Assembly: GCA_002347025.1 (NCBI GenBank)
Contig: DEAE01000032.1
Location: forward strand, 27,041-91,040
Direction of reading: 5' to 3'
Origin: Acidobacteria bacterium UBA2990
GTDB lineage: Bacteria; Acidobacteriota; Vicinamibacteria; Vicinamibacterales; UBA8438
Length of the DNA stretch: 64,000 bases
Part shown: piece after piece, positions 19,360-28,001 of the stretch
Numbering within the stretch: position 1 is the first letter of the stretch
How the letters are laid out: every line of letters begins with the position of its first letter
Position numbers and translations under genes: made by a program
Notes under the pieces: generated by a model
What the model was told of the DNA's origin: nothing
The model's database searches: none
What the model saw: the letters and a program-made list of their open reading frames with translations, nothing else

Positions 19360-20943
19360 TTACTCATTTTTACCACGCACAGCGGTTTCGTTCGAGGCGG
19401 GTTGGTGGTTTCGCTTCCACCAAATTATGCCGATCAGACTCCAAGCTGTGACAAGCGGCGCAAGGCTTGGGAGGCCTGATAGGCCCATCTGTTCCCCGAT
19501 ATTCCAAGCATGAGAGGTTTGGTTTCGTTCGTCGCGAGGTAGGTATTCAAGATATGACTGCCAATTCATCGAAAGATTGCCTTGTATGAAATTGGGCCAA
19601 AACAACTCTGAGACAGGGCGTAGGTAAGTGTCTGGCGGCTGTGCCGTGACTGAGACAGCCATAAATGCGGTGGTGGTTCCGCATAGAGCAGCGACGAGAA
19701 ATCCGGCCCGGACCATCGAACACGCTCTGGACCAGATCGGTGCGAGCGCTATGCACAAAAATGGTAGAGCTGGTGCCATGTGTCTCGGGCCATATGACCA
19801 ACCACCGTCCCAGTAGTAATAGGACGCGTTGAAAATCAGGTAGAAGATTATTATTGATGCGCCAGTCAGACCTGCCAATCTCGATCTTCGGTCTCGCACG
19901 AGTAGTAGAAATCCGACCGGGGCAGCCATGAGCAATGGGGTTAGATAAAAGAGGCCCCGAAATGGTCCGAACAGTATCTGCCTCATTACACGGTAGTCAG
20001 GTCGACCAATCCCGAAAAATCCCTGAGACATTCCTTCAAACCCTGACACGCTGGAGTAGCCGATCTGTAATGGCGAGCCGAATGCACTGTCGTTGTACCA
20101 TGCGAGGACACCCGCACATATCGAAGCCCAGATAGCAATGCCGCTAGCCACCCGAAAAACCCTTAGTCTTCCCCCCTCGGATGCGTGCCAGAGAGCTAGC
20201 AGGGTGGTCAGTGCTACTGGCACAACGGTTGGGTACTCTGTCACCGTTGCCCATCCTCCACCGAGCCCAACTGCCGTGGCGAGTAACCAGTCTCGTTGAG
20301 CACTTGACGGATCGGCTAGTGCAAGGGACGCAGCAAATGCTCCTGTCAGGCATGTAGTTGTGAGTGCATGCCCATAAAACAGGGTCGAGTAGCACCAAGC
20401 CGGTGTCCCAAGACCAAAGACCAAAGCTGCCATGGCCGCAGCGTGAAGTGTAGCGCCGAGCCTCGTGGCAGCGTGGAGAATGATAAGCGCGGTGATTATG
20501 GTCGGTAGGCCAGCAGCATAGACCGTGGCGAGGTATGAGAGCCAGGCAATCCCTGCAGGCGACTGCGGGTCTGTGACGAATGGTTGAGACAGCGCGACTA
20601 GTGGCGCAGCGAACAGAGCCAAGCCAGGGGCTTTGTCCGAATAGATGTGGTCCTCGCTCTGAGCAAGGTCGCCGGTGATTAATTGACCCTCGAATAGGGC
20701 AGTGTCATCTATCCGGAGGGTGCCTTGCTCCACGATTGCACGAACCAACGCGAAGCGACTGTTTGGGTTCCACCCACCTGCTTGGTAGAAGTAGGTATAA
20801 GCGGCGAAGAGTATCAAGGCGATCGCCCAGGCCGCCCGACGATGTCGGGCGCTTGGATCCTGTTTCCCTCCTGGCGATGGCGGGCAGGGTCGTTGGTGGC
20901 GCGACAAGCACTTCTTGATGCCCGATGTGGAACGAGCAAACAT
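19360..20943 (-). CDS. polytopic membrane protein, GT-C-like candidate
   Basis: The loop 'NSRFALVRAIVEQGTLRIDDTALF...EDHIYSDKAPGLALFAAP' is followed by more than 10 hydrophobic segments. Confidence 0.5.
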   Translation of the reverse strand: MFARSTSGIKKCLSRHQRPCPPSPGGKQDPSARHRRAAWAIALILFAAYTYFYQAGGWNPNSRFALVRAIVEQGTLRIDDTALFEGQLITGDLAQSEDHIYSDKAPGLALFAAPLVALSQPFVTDPQSPAGIAWLSYLATVYAAGLPTIITALIILHAATRLGATLHAAAMAALVFGLGTPAWCYSTLFYGHALTTTCLTGAFAASLALADPSSAQRDWLLATAVGLGGGWATVTEYPTVVPVALTTLLALWHASEGGRLRVFRVASGIAIWASICAGVLAWYNDSAFGSPLQIGYSSVSGFEGMSQGFFGIGRPDYRVMRQILFGPFRGLFYLTPLLMAAPVGFLLLVRDRRSRLAGLTGASIIIFYLIFNASYYYWDGGWSYGPRHMAPALPFLCIALAPIWSRACSMVRAGFLVAALCGTTTAFMAVSVTAQPPDTYLRPVSELFWPNFIQGNLSMNWQSYLEYLPRDERNQTSHAWNIGEQMGLSGLPSLAPLVTAWSLIGIIWWKRNHQPASNETAVRGKNE

Positions 20944-21046
20944 GGTGTCTGCTTAAACGATATGAAGATGAATCTCCGGTTTAGCCAGAACTGGCTGGAG
21001 TGACACCTCTGCTGTCAGTTTCAGCCAATAGCTAATCACCGAAATT

Positions 21047-21439
21047 CTAGAAACCGCGCTTCCGGCCTCTCAGACCCCGACGACTCCCTTTTGGTTTTGC
21101 CGGCTTCCTCCCGAAATCCATCGAGGGTGCGTCGCCGCCATCCATGAACCCGCCATTTGGCCTTCCAATGCCTCCCATGGGTGGACGAGGTGCACGGTCA
21201 CGGGCTTCGCTAACTCGTAGGTTTCTACCATTAAGCTCGGTTCCATCCAGTTTCTCGATGGCCTGGGAGACCGCTGAGGAATCTTGGAACTCAATGAACG
21301 CAAACCCGCGTGGCTTGTTAGTCGCACGATCAAGGGGAAGAAACACCTCCGTGACTTGGCCCGCCTGTGCAAATAGTGTTTCGAGGTCTGTCTGTGATGT
21401 TTCGTAACTGAGGTTACCGACGAAGATTCTTGAAGAAAT
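21047..21439 (-). CDS. RRM-type RNA-binding protein with RG-rich tail; proposed AUU start
   Basis: RNP-2 'IFVGNL' lies upstream of the ORF-track GTG start and RNP-1 is 'RGFAFIEF'. The in-frame extension reads TAA AAA GGG AGG CAC ACC ATT TCT TCA AGA ATC TTC GTC GGT. GGGAGG sits 6 nt before ATT, and no ATG/GTG/TTG/CTG is available. Confidence 0.8.
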   Translation of the reverse strand: MSSRIFVGNLSYETSQTDLETLFAQAGQVTEVFLPLDRATNKPRGFAFIEFQDSSAVSQAIEKLDGTELNGRNLRVSEARDRAPRPPMGGIGRPNGGFMDGGDAPSMDFGRKPAKPKGSRRGLRGRKRGF

Positions 21440-21774
21440 GGTGTGCCTCCCTTTTTACAGCAGCCGCGCGTTCACTAGTGCGGTGATGGCACTAACAGCA
21501 ACTGCGACAGAATTTGCTCCCTGCGTTTCGTTCGAATGCTAAGACTTCTGCATCTAGCTGGTGATGCCCTTGCCGTCTTGGGCTAGACTGAGCGAATACA
21601 GACAGCCAAAACGGGAGCCGGTTGTATCTCTACATTAGAAGAACGCACGGATTGACTCAGCATACTCCGTCGTTCAGAGAAACGCAAAATTTACGGGTCT
21701 GCGCCTCTGGTTGCGGGTAGGCGATTTAGCAGGAGAACGTCCTTCTTTGTCTGGTCTCCAGAGGAAGAAGTTAT

Positions 21775-22521
21775 TTATCTTCTACTACGAAAAAGAGCGA
21801 TGCCCTTCTTAGGTATTTCCAGTGATGAGCGCCATCTGTGTGCGATCCATTTACAGGTGGTGAGGCTGTAGAAACACACGTGTGTGGGGTCACGACTATA
21901 ACGGGAGTTGATGAAAGAATCGCGATCCTCTACCCAGCGTGTCATTACTGCAAGGTAGCCTTTCGAGGCAAGCACTGAGAAGAGCTGTTTGAACTCCAAA
22001 TTGGGCGTGTGTAGGTGCTCGATGACTTCGCTGGCCGTAATAAAATCGTAGCGGCGGTTCCAAACCTCCGGGTCCTGAGCGTAGAACGGATCATACAGGT
22101 GGACCGTCAATCCTGCTTCAACGAGCATAGGCCCGAGTGTTGGTCCTGGGCCTGAGCCGAAGTCTAGCCCGATTGAACCTTTGGGGACGCGGTCGAGCAA
22201 GGGATTGGCTAAACGGGACAAAAAATGTCGATAGCGTAGGTCTGATGGATCGTTTTGGTGTTGGTCGTACCGTGCTTTCTCATCTGGGCCGCTGAGTCGA
22301 CTTTCTTGGGGGACAAAGACAAGTAAGCAGATTCGGCATCGCCAGTATGGTCTCCACCGGTCTTGGCAATAGAAATCTGGGTTGGGGGTTCTGCAAAGCG
22401 GGCATGGTTCTGGGGACGAAACCTGGCGAATTTGTTGGGTGGGTGTTTGCGAGTTTGACGCTTGGCCGAAGGAGCTTTTCTGGCCTGGATGACAAGATGG
22501 GAAGGTGAGGGGTGGAAGCAT
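21775..22521 (-). CDS. class I SAM-dependent methyltransferase with N-terminal zinc ribbon
   Basis: Motifs seen: 'CPLCRT...WRCRICLLVF', motif I 'GLDFGSGPGP', and 'DFITASEVIEHL'. Confidence 0.7.
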   Translation of the reverse strand: MLPPLTFPSCHPGQKSSFGQASNSQTPTQQIRQVSSPEPCPLCRTPNPDFYCQDRWRPYWRCRICLLVFVPQESRLSGPDEKARYDQHQNDPSDLRYRHFLSRLANPLLDRVPKGSIGLDFGSGPGPTLGPMLVEAGLTVHLYDPFYAQDPEVWNRRYDFITASEVIEHLHTPNLEFKQLFSVLASKGYLAVMTRWVEDRDSFINSRYSRDPTHVCFYSLTTCKWIAHRWRSSLEIPKKGIALFRSRR

Positions 22522-22634
22522 CTTGTTGAGGATCCTACTTTAAGAATTTTGTCGGTCAGAGGGCCAGCTTCGGACGTCAGTGTCCAGTCTCCCGTTAGGG
22601 GTGTATGTGGGGGTTGCGGTCGTATACTGAGGAG

Positions 22635-23516
22635 ATGGAGCCTCCCAATACAAGTGATTCTACAAGACTTCGGCTCGTGACCTACAACATTCAGCGGGGG
22701 ATTCACTATTCGCTGCTGCGAAGCCATTTCGCCCAATCGGAGTCTCTTCGCTCGGCAGATATTGTTGCGGTTCAAGAAGCGTTGGTTCCCGCAAGTGGCG
22801 GAAACACCTTGGCTAGGTTGGCCTACGACTTGGAGGGTGACTATCGGTGGACCTATCGGACTGTGATGACCTATCCCAACAAGGAGTATGGAAATGGGTT
22901 CCTGTTTCGGTCGTCAGTGACACCCGTGGGAGCTCAGACCGTTGCATTGCCTGTGGTCGACCATCTGGGGTGGGTTGCTCGCCTAAAAACCGAGGGCGGT
23001 AAACCGGATTCGAAATCAGCGTTTGCACAGGCATTTCGTGTAGGTGGCCGTCTTGTCCGAATCATCAATCTTCATCTCGATTTTTCTGGTGGGGTCAGTC
23101 ATCGTGTCCGCCAGTTATCTCATCTGCTTGGTTCGCTCGAGGCAGCCACCGATAAGAGTGCCTTGGTTGTTGATGTGCTTTGCGGTGATTTCAACACTTG
23201 TGGCTACCATCAGTCGGCTCAGTCCCATCGCGATACGCAGAAGGTCCTTGATGTTGCCAGACGAGCCGGTTTCACAGAATGTTCGGCCAGTGTGCCATGG
23301 ACGAGCGATCTCTTTTCCAGCATTGACGATGCTGACCCTGCCTATTGGTTCCTGCGGGTAGGTCAATTGTTTCGGTTGCACTATAGACAGAAGCTTGACC
23401 ACTTCTTGGTCAGAGGGTTGGCAAGAGCGACTCCGGCTGTGGTGGTCGCCATTCCACACTGTGCCCAACTGCCAGGGTCTGACCATCTCCCATTGGCTCT
23501 GGAACTGATACTGTAG
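22635..23516 (+). CDS. endonuclease/exonuclease/phosphatase (EEP) family protein
   Basis: Motifs seen: 'RLVTYNIQRG', 'VAVQEA', and the C-terminal 'PGSDHLPLALEL'. The ORF opens at 22605 and ATG 22635 is preferred. Confidence 0.75.
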   Translation: MEPPNTSDSTRLRLVTYNIQRGIHYSLLRSHFAQSESLRSADIVAVQEALVPASGGNTLARLAYDLEGDYRWTYRTVMTYPNKEYGNGFLFRSSVTPVGAQTVALPVVDHLGWVARLKTEGGKPDSKSAFAQAFRVGGRLVRIINLHLDFSGGVSHRVRQLSHLLGSLEAATDKSALVVDVLCGDFNTCGYHQSAQSHRDTQKVLDVARRAGFTECSASVPWTSDLFSSIDDADPAYWFLRVGQLFRLHYRQKLDHFLVRGLARATPAVVVAIPHCAQLPGSDHLPLALELIL

Positions 23517-23533
23517 ATAGCGGTGTTGTTAAC

Positions 23534-25129
23534 ATGTTCCTATTTGGCCTACTTGGGAGCCCAAAACCTGTGAAACTGCGAAACATCGCCATGCTCATGG
23601 CATTGATTGGGGCTGTTGGGTGTGGTCTAGGGCAATCGCCAGGTAGGCCGGTTTTTTCTGTGGTCGAAGCAACGGTCGTTGATATTCATCAAGCGATGGA
23701 AACTGGGCAGTTGACCGCCAGGCAACTGGTTGAGTCCTATCTTGCTCGGATTGAGGCTTACGACAAAATAGGACCTGCCTTGAATACTGTCGTGACGCTG
23801 AATCCGAGGGTTCTACAGCGAGCCGATGAATTGGACATAGCCTTTGCCCAGCGAGGATTGACTGGCCCGCTTCATGGAATTCCAGTTATCGTCAAGGATA
23901 ATTACGATGTGGAGGGTTTACCGACGTCTGCAGGCTCGCTAGCTCTCGCGGAGTCGATGCCGCCTGATGATGCATTTCAAGTGAGTCGGTTGCGGGAGGC
24001 GGGAGCCCTGGTCCTGGCAAAGGCGAATATGGCGGAGTTTGCCTTTTCGCCGTACGAAACTGTCGGTTCAAGGTTGGCTGGCTATACCCGTAACCCGTAT
24101 GCACTTGACCGTGTGACAGCTGGCTCGAGTGGCGGTACTGCTGCGGCGGTGGCGGCCAGCTTTGCTACCATTGGTCTCGGGACCGACACTGGGAATTCGA
24201 TACGGGGGCCAGCCGCTCACCAAGCATTAGTTGGCATTAGGTCGACAATGGGACTGACGAGTCGAGACGGTATCGTGCCGTTGAATCTTTCCAGAGATAT
24301 TGGAGGGCCGATGGCTCGGACGGTAGCCGATGCCGTCACGCTCTTTGATGTGATTGCTGGTGCCGACCAAGCGGATCCCGTGACAATGGCTACTAGTGGT
24401 CAACCGCGCACAGCATTGGTTGAGGCGCTCGACATAGGGGTGATCCAGGAAGCTCGGATCGGTGTGCTTCGAGAAATGGTAGATGAGACGGCCGACCGAG
24501 CGGTGATAGCTCGTTTTGATGAGGCAATTGTTGAGTTACGTGGCTTGGGGGCAGTTGTGGTGGATCCAGTTGTCCTGCCGAGAACTAAGCCAACAGTGGG
24601 GACTTCCATTCAAGATCGGTGTCGTCGGTTTCACTTTGATCTGAATGCGTATCTTGCCAGTCTTGGACCGGCTGCTCCTTACAAGACACTTGACGCGATT
24701 GCAGCTTCTGGGCTATTTCATCCAAGTGTCCGTCAACGACTTGTTGGGAGCTTGGAAGTCACGGAGCCCCCAGAGACTCAACCTGGCTGCGGGGCTCAAA
24801 CCGCCAGGGATGAGGGTCTACGTAGGGATGTGCGTGAGCTGCTGCAAGAGCAGGACCTCGATGCTCTGATATACCCGACTTGGAACAATCCACCTCGTTT
24901 AATAGGGGATCTCAATACGCCGCATGGAAACAACAGCCAAGTGTTGGCACCACCAACAGGGTTTCCGGCAATTACGGTGCCAATGGGTTATGTCCATGGC
25001 CTGTTGCCCGTTGGCCTTCAGCTGCTGGGTGATGCTTGGAGCGAGCCAATTTTGGTCGGTATCGCCTATGCATACGAACACAAAACTAAGCATAGGGTGG
25101 CCCCTCAGTCGACCCCGGTGCTCGAGTGA
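23534..25129 (+). CDS. amidase-signature family amidase, secreted/lipoprotein-like
   Basis: Motifs seen: 'GGSSGGTAAAVAA' and 'GTDTGNSIRGPA'. The N-terminus 'KPVKLRNIAMLMALIGAVGC' is signal/lipobox-like. Confidence 0.85.
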   Translation: MFLFGLLGSPKPVKLRNIAMLMALIGAVGCGLGQSPGRPVFSVVEATVVDIHQAMETGQLTARQLVESYLARIEAYDKIGPALNTVVTLNPRVLQRADELDIAFAQRGLTGPLHGIPVIVKDNYDVEGLPTSAGSLALAESMPPDDAFQVSRLREAGALVLAKANMAEFAFSPYETVGSRLAGYTRNPYALDRVTAGSSGGTAAAVAASFATIGLGTDTGNSIRGPAAHQALVGIRSTMGLTSRDGIVPLNLSRDIGGPMARTVADAVTLFDVIAGADQADPVTMATSGQPRTALVEALDIGVIQEARIGVLREMVDETADRAVIARFDEAIVELRGLGAVVVDPVVLPRTKPTVGTSIQDRCRRFHFDLNAYLASLGPAAPYKTLDAIAASGLFHPSVRQRLVGSLEVTEPPETQPGCGAQTARDEGLRRDVRELLQEQDLDALIYPTWNNPPRLIGDLNTPHGNNSQVLAPPTGFPAITVPMGYVHGLLPVGLQLLGDAWSEPILVGIAYAYEHKTKHRVAPQSTPVLE

Positions 25130-25245
25130 TTTAGGGAGACTCTGAATATCCGGACCGGTCATTACCGGTAAGACTGGGTGGGGTTTCGGTTCTTGTTGAT
25201 ACTGCAGGGTTTACCAGTCGTTTGTTGGCTGAAGGGCAAGATAAA

Positions 25246-25515
25246 ATGATTACCTTACTTAACCAGACTTCCAAGTTTCTTAGAATTGCGCTCTCTAGGG
25301 GCAAGGTGCTTCGCTTGGGGCCAAGGAAGGAAGGCCAAGTCTCATCCAATGATGCAGGACTCGACTCTATTAAGCGTCTCGTGGATGACGGTTCCATCAA
25401 GATCATGGGCGCAGGTGCTCAGGCCGGCTCATCTGCTGCGGCGAATCCGGCTCTCAGAACCAACGTTCAGGGGCATCATACGCGTGTTGGTGGCGGGCGA
25501 CGTGGTGATCGGTAG
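25246..25515 (+). CDS. possible small hypothetical protein (weak)
   Basis: An ATG 10 nt after GAAGGG opens an 89-aa ORF, but it competes with two other overlapping ORFs in this 0.6-kb gap. I recognise no motif. Confidence 0.2.
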   Translation: MITLLNQTSKFLRIALSRGKVLRLGPRKEGQVSSNDAGLDSIKRLVDDGSIKIMGAGAQAGSSAAANPALRTNVQGHHTRVGGGRRGDR

Positions 25516-25727
25516 CACTATTCACAAAGCTATAGTTTTGAAAATTGGTGCTACAGAAGTGTGCTAGGAAGTGTTTGCTCACATTTTGAGAGTTCGCGGG
25601 TGAGTGTTTGGGTAATACGATGTTGGTGTGCCTGCGTGTGCCAAGTAATGACAGGCCCGTTAAGCGGTAGCCAGTTGTGTTGAGATTTTCAGAGTTGGTC
25701 AGATCGTATATCAGAAAGGTTTAGCTG

Positions 25728-27851
25728 ATGGCCCAGAGATTTCGATGCCTGCAATTCTTAATTATAGGTGTCATGTTCGGCTTAGTGCCGGTGCTGACTG
25801 TTGCTCAAGACCAGGGTGCCTGGCAGACGTACGGTACTGAGAACGGAGAGTGGCGCAGTTATGCGGGCAACATTGCAGGGCAGAAGTATTCACCTCTTGA
25901 GCAAATCGATGCCGACAACTTTGGCGACCTCGAGATAGCGTGGCGTTGGCAGTCGGTTGACGCCTTAGTCAGTCGTACTATGCCCGATGGCAGCGAGTGG
26001 TGGGCGCCCCTGGAAACTATTGTCGAGTCGCTTGAGGCTGACACGCCAAATCTCTACCGTCGGGGACACCCTCCTCGCCCGGGAGGGCTTCAAGCCACCC
26101 CTCTTATGATCGGCGGAGTACTCTATTTCAACACGGCGCTGTCTCAGGGAGTTGCAATTGATGCGACTACTGGTGAGACCTTGTGGGTCTTCAATCCCAA
26201 GAGCTACGAGGAAGGGACTACACCCATGAGTGGAACCTTCAAGCAGCGAGGCGTGGCTTACTGGACCGACGGTGAGGATGACGAACGGATTTTTTGGGGC
26301 ACTGGAAATGGCTACTTGGTGTGCGTGAAGGCCCAGACTGGTCAACCCTGTTCGGATTTTGGAGTTGAAGGTAGGGGCATGGTCGATGCGATGGAGGGAC
26401 TCCCGCGTGCTGAGCGAGAGGGCCGAGACTATTTGAATGCCCTACTGTATGGTATCCACTCGCCGCCGATTGTGGTGCGTGACAAGGTCATTCATGGGTC
26501 ACAGGTTGCAGACCGTCGGATAACCAAGGAGGCTGTGCCTGGATGGGTGCGTTCGTGGGATGTCAAAACCGGAGCTCACTCTTGGGATTTTCATACCGTA
26601 CCGAACAGTGCTGATGAGTTTGGGGCTGATACCTGGTTGAACGATTCGTGGCGGTACTCGGGTAATGCCAATGTCTGGTCCATGTTGTCGGGTGACAATG
26701 AGCTTGGCTATGTCTACTTACCCACTGGTACGGCCACTAACGATTACTACGGCGCTGATCGACCCGGGGACAACCTGTTTTCGGAGTCGATTGTTGCGGT
26801 GGATGTCGAGACGGGACAGAGGGTTTGGCATTTTCAGGCTGTTCACCATGGTCTGTGGGATTACGATTTTCCCACTCACCCGAATCTGGCGGATATCATC
26901 GTCGACGGTCGGAGCATCAAGGCCTTGATTCAGGTTAGTAAGCAGGGGTTTGTCTATACATTTGACAGGGTGACTGGCGAGCCTGTTTGGCCGATTGAGG
27001 AGCGGCCTGTGGGTACGGACACAAACATGCCCAATGAGTATGTGTCAGCGACCCAGCCGTTCCCTACGAAGCCGGCGGCTTTCGAATACCAGGGCGTGAC
27101 GGTAAATGATCTGGTCGATTTTACCCCTGAGATTCGGCAGATGGCCCTTGAAGCGGTGCGGCCGTATCGTCTTGGCCCACTGTTTACGCCGATCTCGAGG
27201 CCTGTCGATGGTGGCTGGCAGGGCACGTTGATGCGGCCTCCAGATGCTGGGGCGGCCACTTGGGCTGGGGCTGCGGTTGATCCAGAAACCGGTATGCTTT
27301 ACGTGCCTTCACGGAACAATGCGGTGGTGATTTCCATGTATCAGCCAGAGCCAGCCCTTGGGGCTACGGTGGCCTACACCCATGGCGCTCCCGAAACAGA
27401 TAGGTTGGCTGGGCGTGGTTTGGGCCCCTCGAGGAGTGGTGCACTGATGCCGCGTGGACTGCCACTGCTTAAGCCGCCCTATTCTCGGATGACGGCGATT
27501 GATATGAACACTGGCGAGCATGTTTGGATGGTGCCCCTTGGGGATGGTGACCGCTACCGTAATCACCCTATGCTTCGCGATCTGGACCTTCCTCCATTGG
27601 GGGGGGATGGTTGGGCTGGACCGGTCCTCACCAAGTCTTTGGTGATTAGTGCTTTGACGGCTGGTGGTAGCGATAACGGACCTCGTCTGGTGGCTCGTTC
27701 GAAAAAGACCGGCGAGGAACTGGGGTCGATAGATTTGCCGACGGGTGCCTTAGGGACACCCATGACCTATATGGTTGATGGGCATCAGTACATAGCGTTA
27801 GCTGTTGGAGGGCGACCTCCTGAGATGGTTGCCTATAGGCTGCCAGAGTAG
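25728..27851 (+). CDS. soluble periplasmic PQQ-dependent dehydrogenase
   Basis: There is a signal peptide ending 'VLTVAQDQG'. Motifs include 'WRSYAGNIAGQKYSPLEQIDADNFGDLEIAWR' and 'HHGLWDYD'. It is a paralogue of 10639..12600. Confidence 0.85.
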   Translation: MAQRFRCLQFLIIGVMFGLVPVLTVAQDQGAWQTYGTENGEWRSYAGNIAGQKYSPLEQIDADNFGDLEIAWRWQSVDALVSRTMPDGSEWWAPLETIVESLEADTPNLYRRGHPPRPGGLQATPLMIGGVLYFNTALSQGVAIDATTGETLWVFNPKSYEEGTTPMSGTFKQRGVAYWTDGEDDERIFWGTGNGYLVCVKAQTGQPCSDFGVEGRGMVDAMEGLPRAEREGRDYLNALLYGIHSPPIVVRDKVIHGSQVADRRITKEAVPGWVRSWDVKTGAHSWDFHTVPNSADEFGADTWLNDSWRYSGNANVWSMLSGDNELGYVYLPTGTATNDYYGADRPGDNLFSESIVAVDVETGQRVWHFQAVHHGLWDYDFPTHPNLADIIVDGRSIKALIQVSKQGFVYTFDRVTGEPVWPIEERPVGTDTNMPNEYVSATQPFPTKPAAFEYQGVTVNDLVDFTPEIRQMALEAVRPYRLGPLFTPISRPVDGGWQGTLMRPPDAGAATWAGAAVDPETGMLYVPSRNNAVVISMYQPEPALGATVAYTHGAPETDRLAGRGLGPSRSGALMPRGLPLLKPPYSRMTAIDMNTGEHVWMVPLGDGDRYRNHPMLRDLDLPPLGGDGWAGPVLTKSLVISALTAGGSDNGPRLVARSKKTGEELGSIDLPTGALGTPMTYMVDGHQYIALAVGGRPPEMVAYRLPE

Positions 27852-28001
27852 CTGAGCCTTTGAGGGTGAAGGTCCAGTGCCCTATCGGAGGGGCTATTCG
27901 GTGCCGAGAGTAACTCCAAGAGTTCTTAGTTGATGGAGAACAAGCCTAATGAATCACGGAGTGCCCGAGGAAATTATTCTCCAGGGTGGAAAGGGGGAGG
28001 G

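Noticed and set aside
22209-22775. 188-aa minus-strand ORF spanning the methyltransferase 5' end and the EEP gene start
   Set aside because: It overlaps two better-supported genes and their divergent promoter region, and it has no motif.
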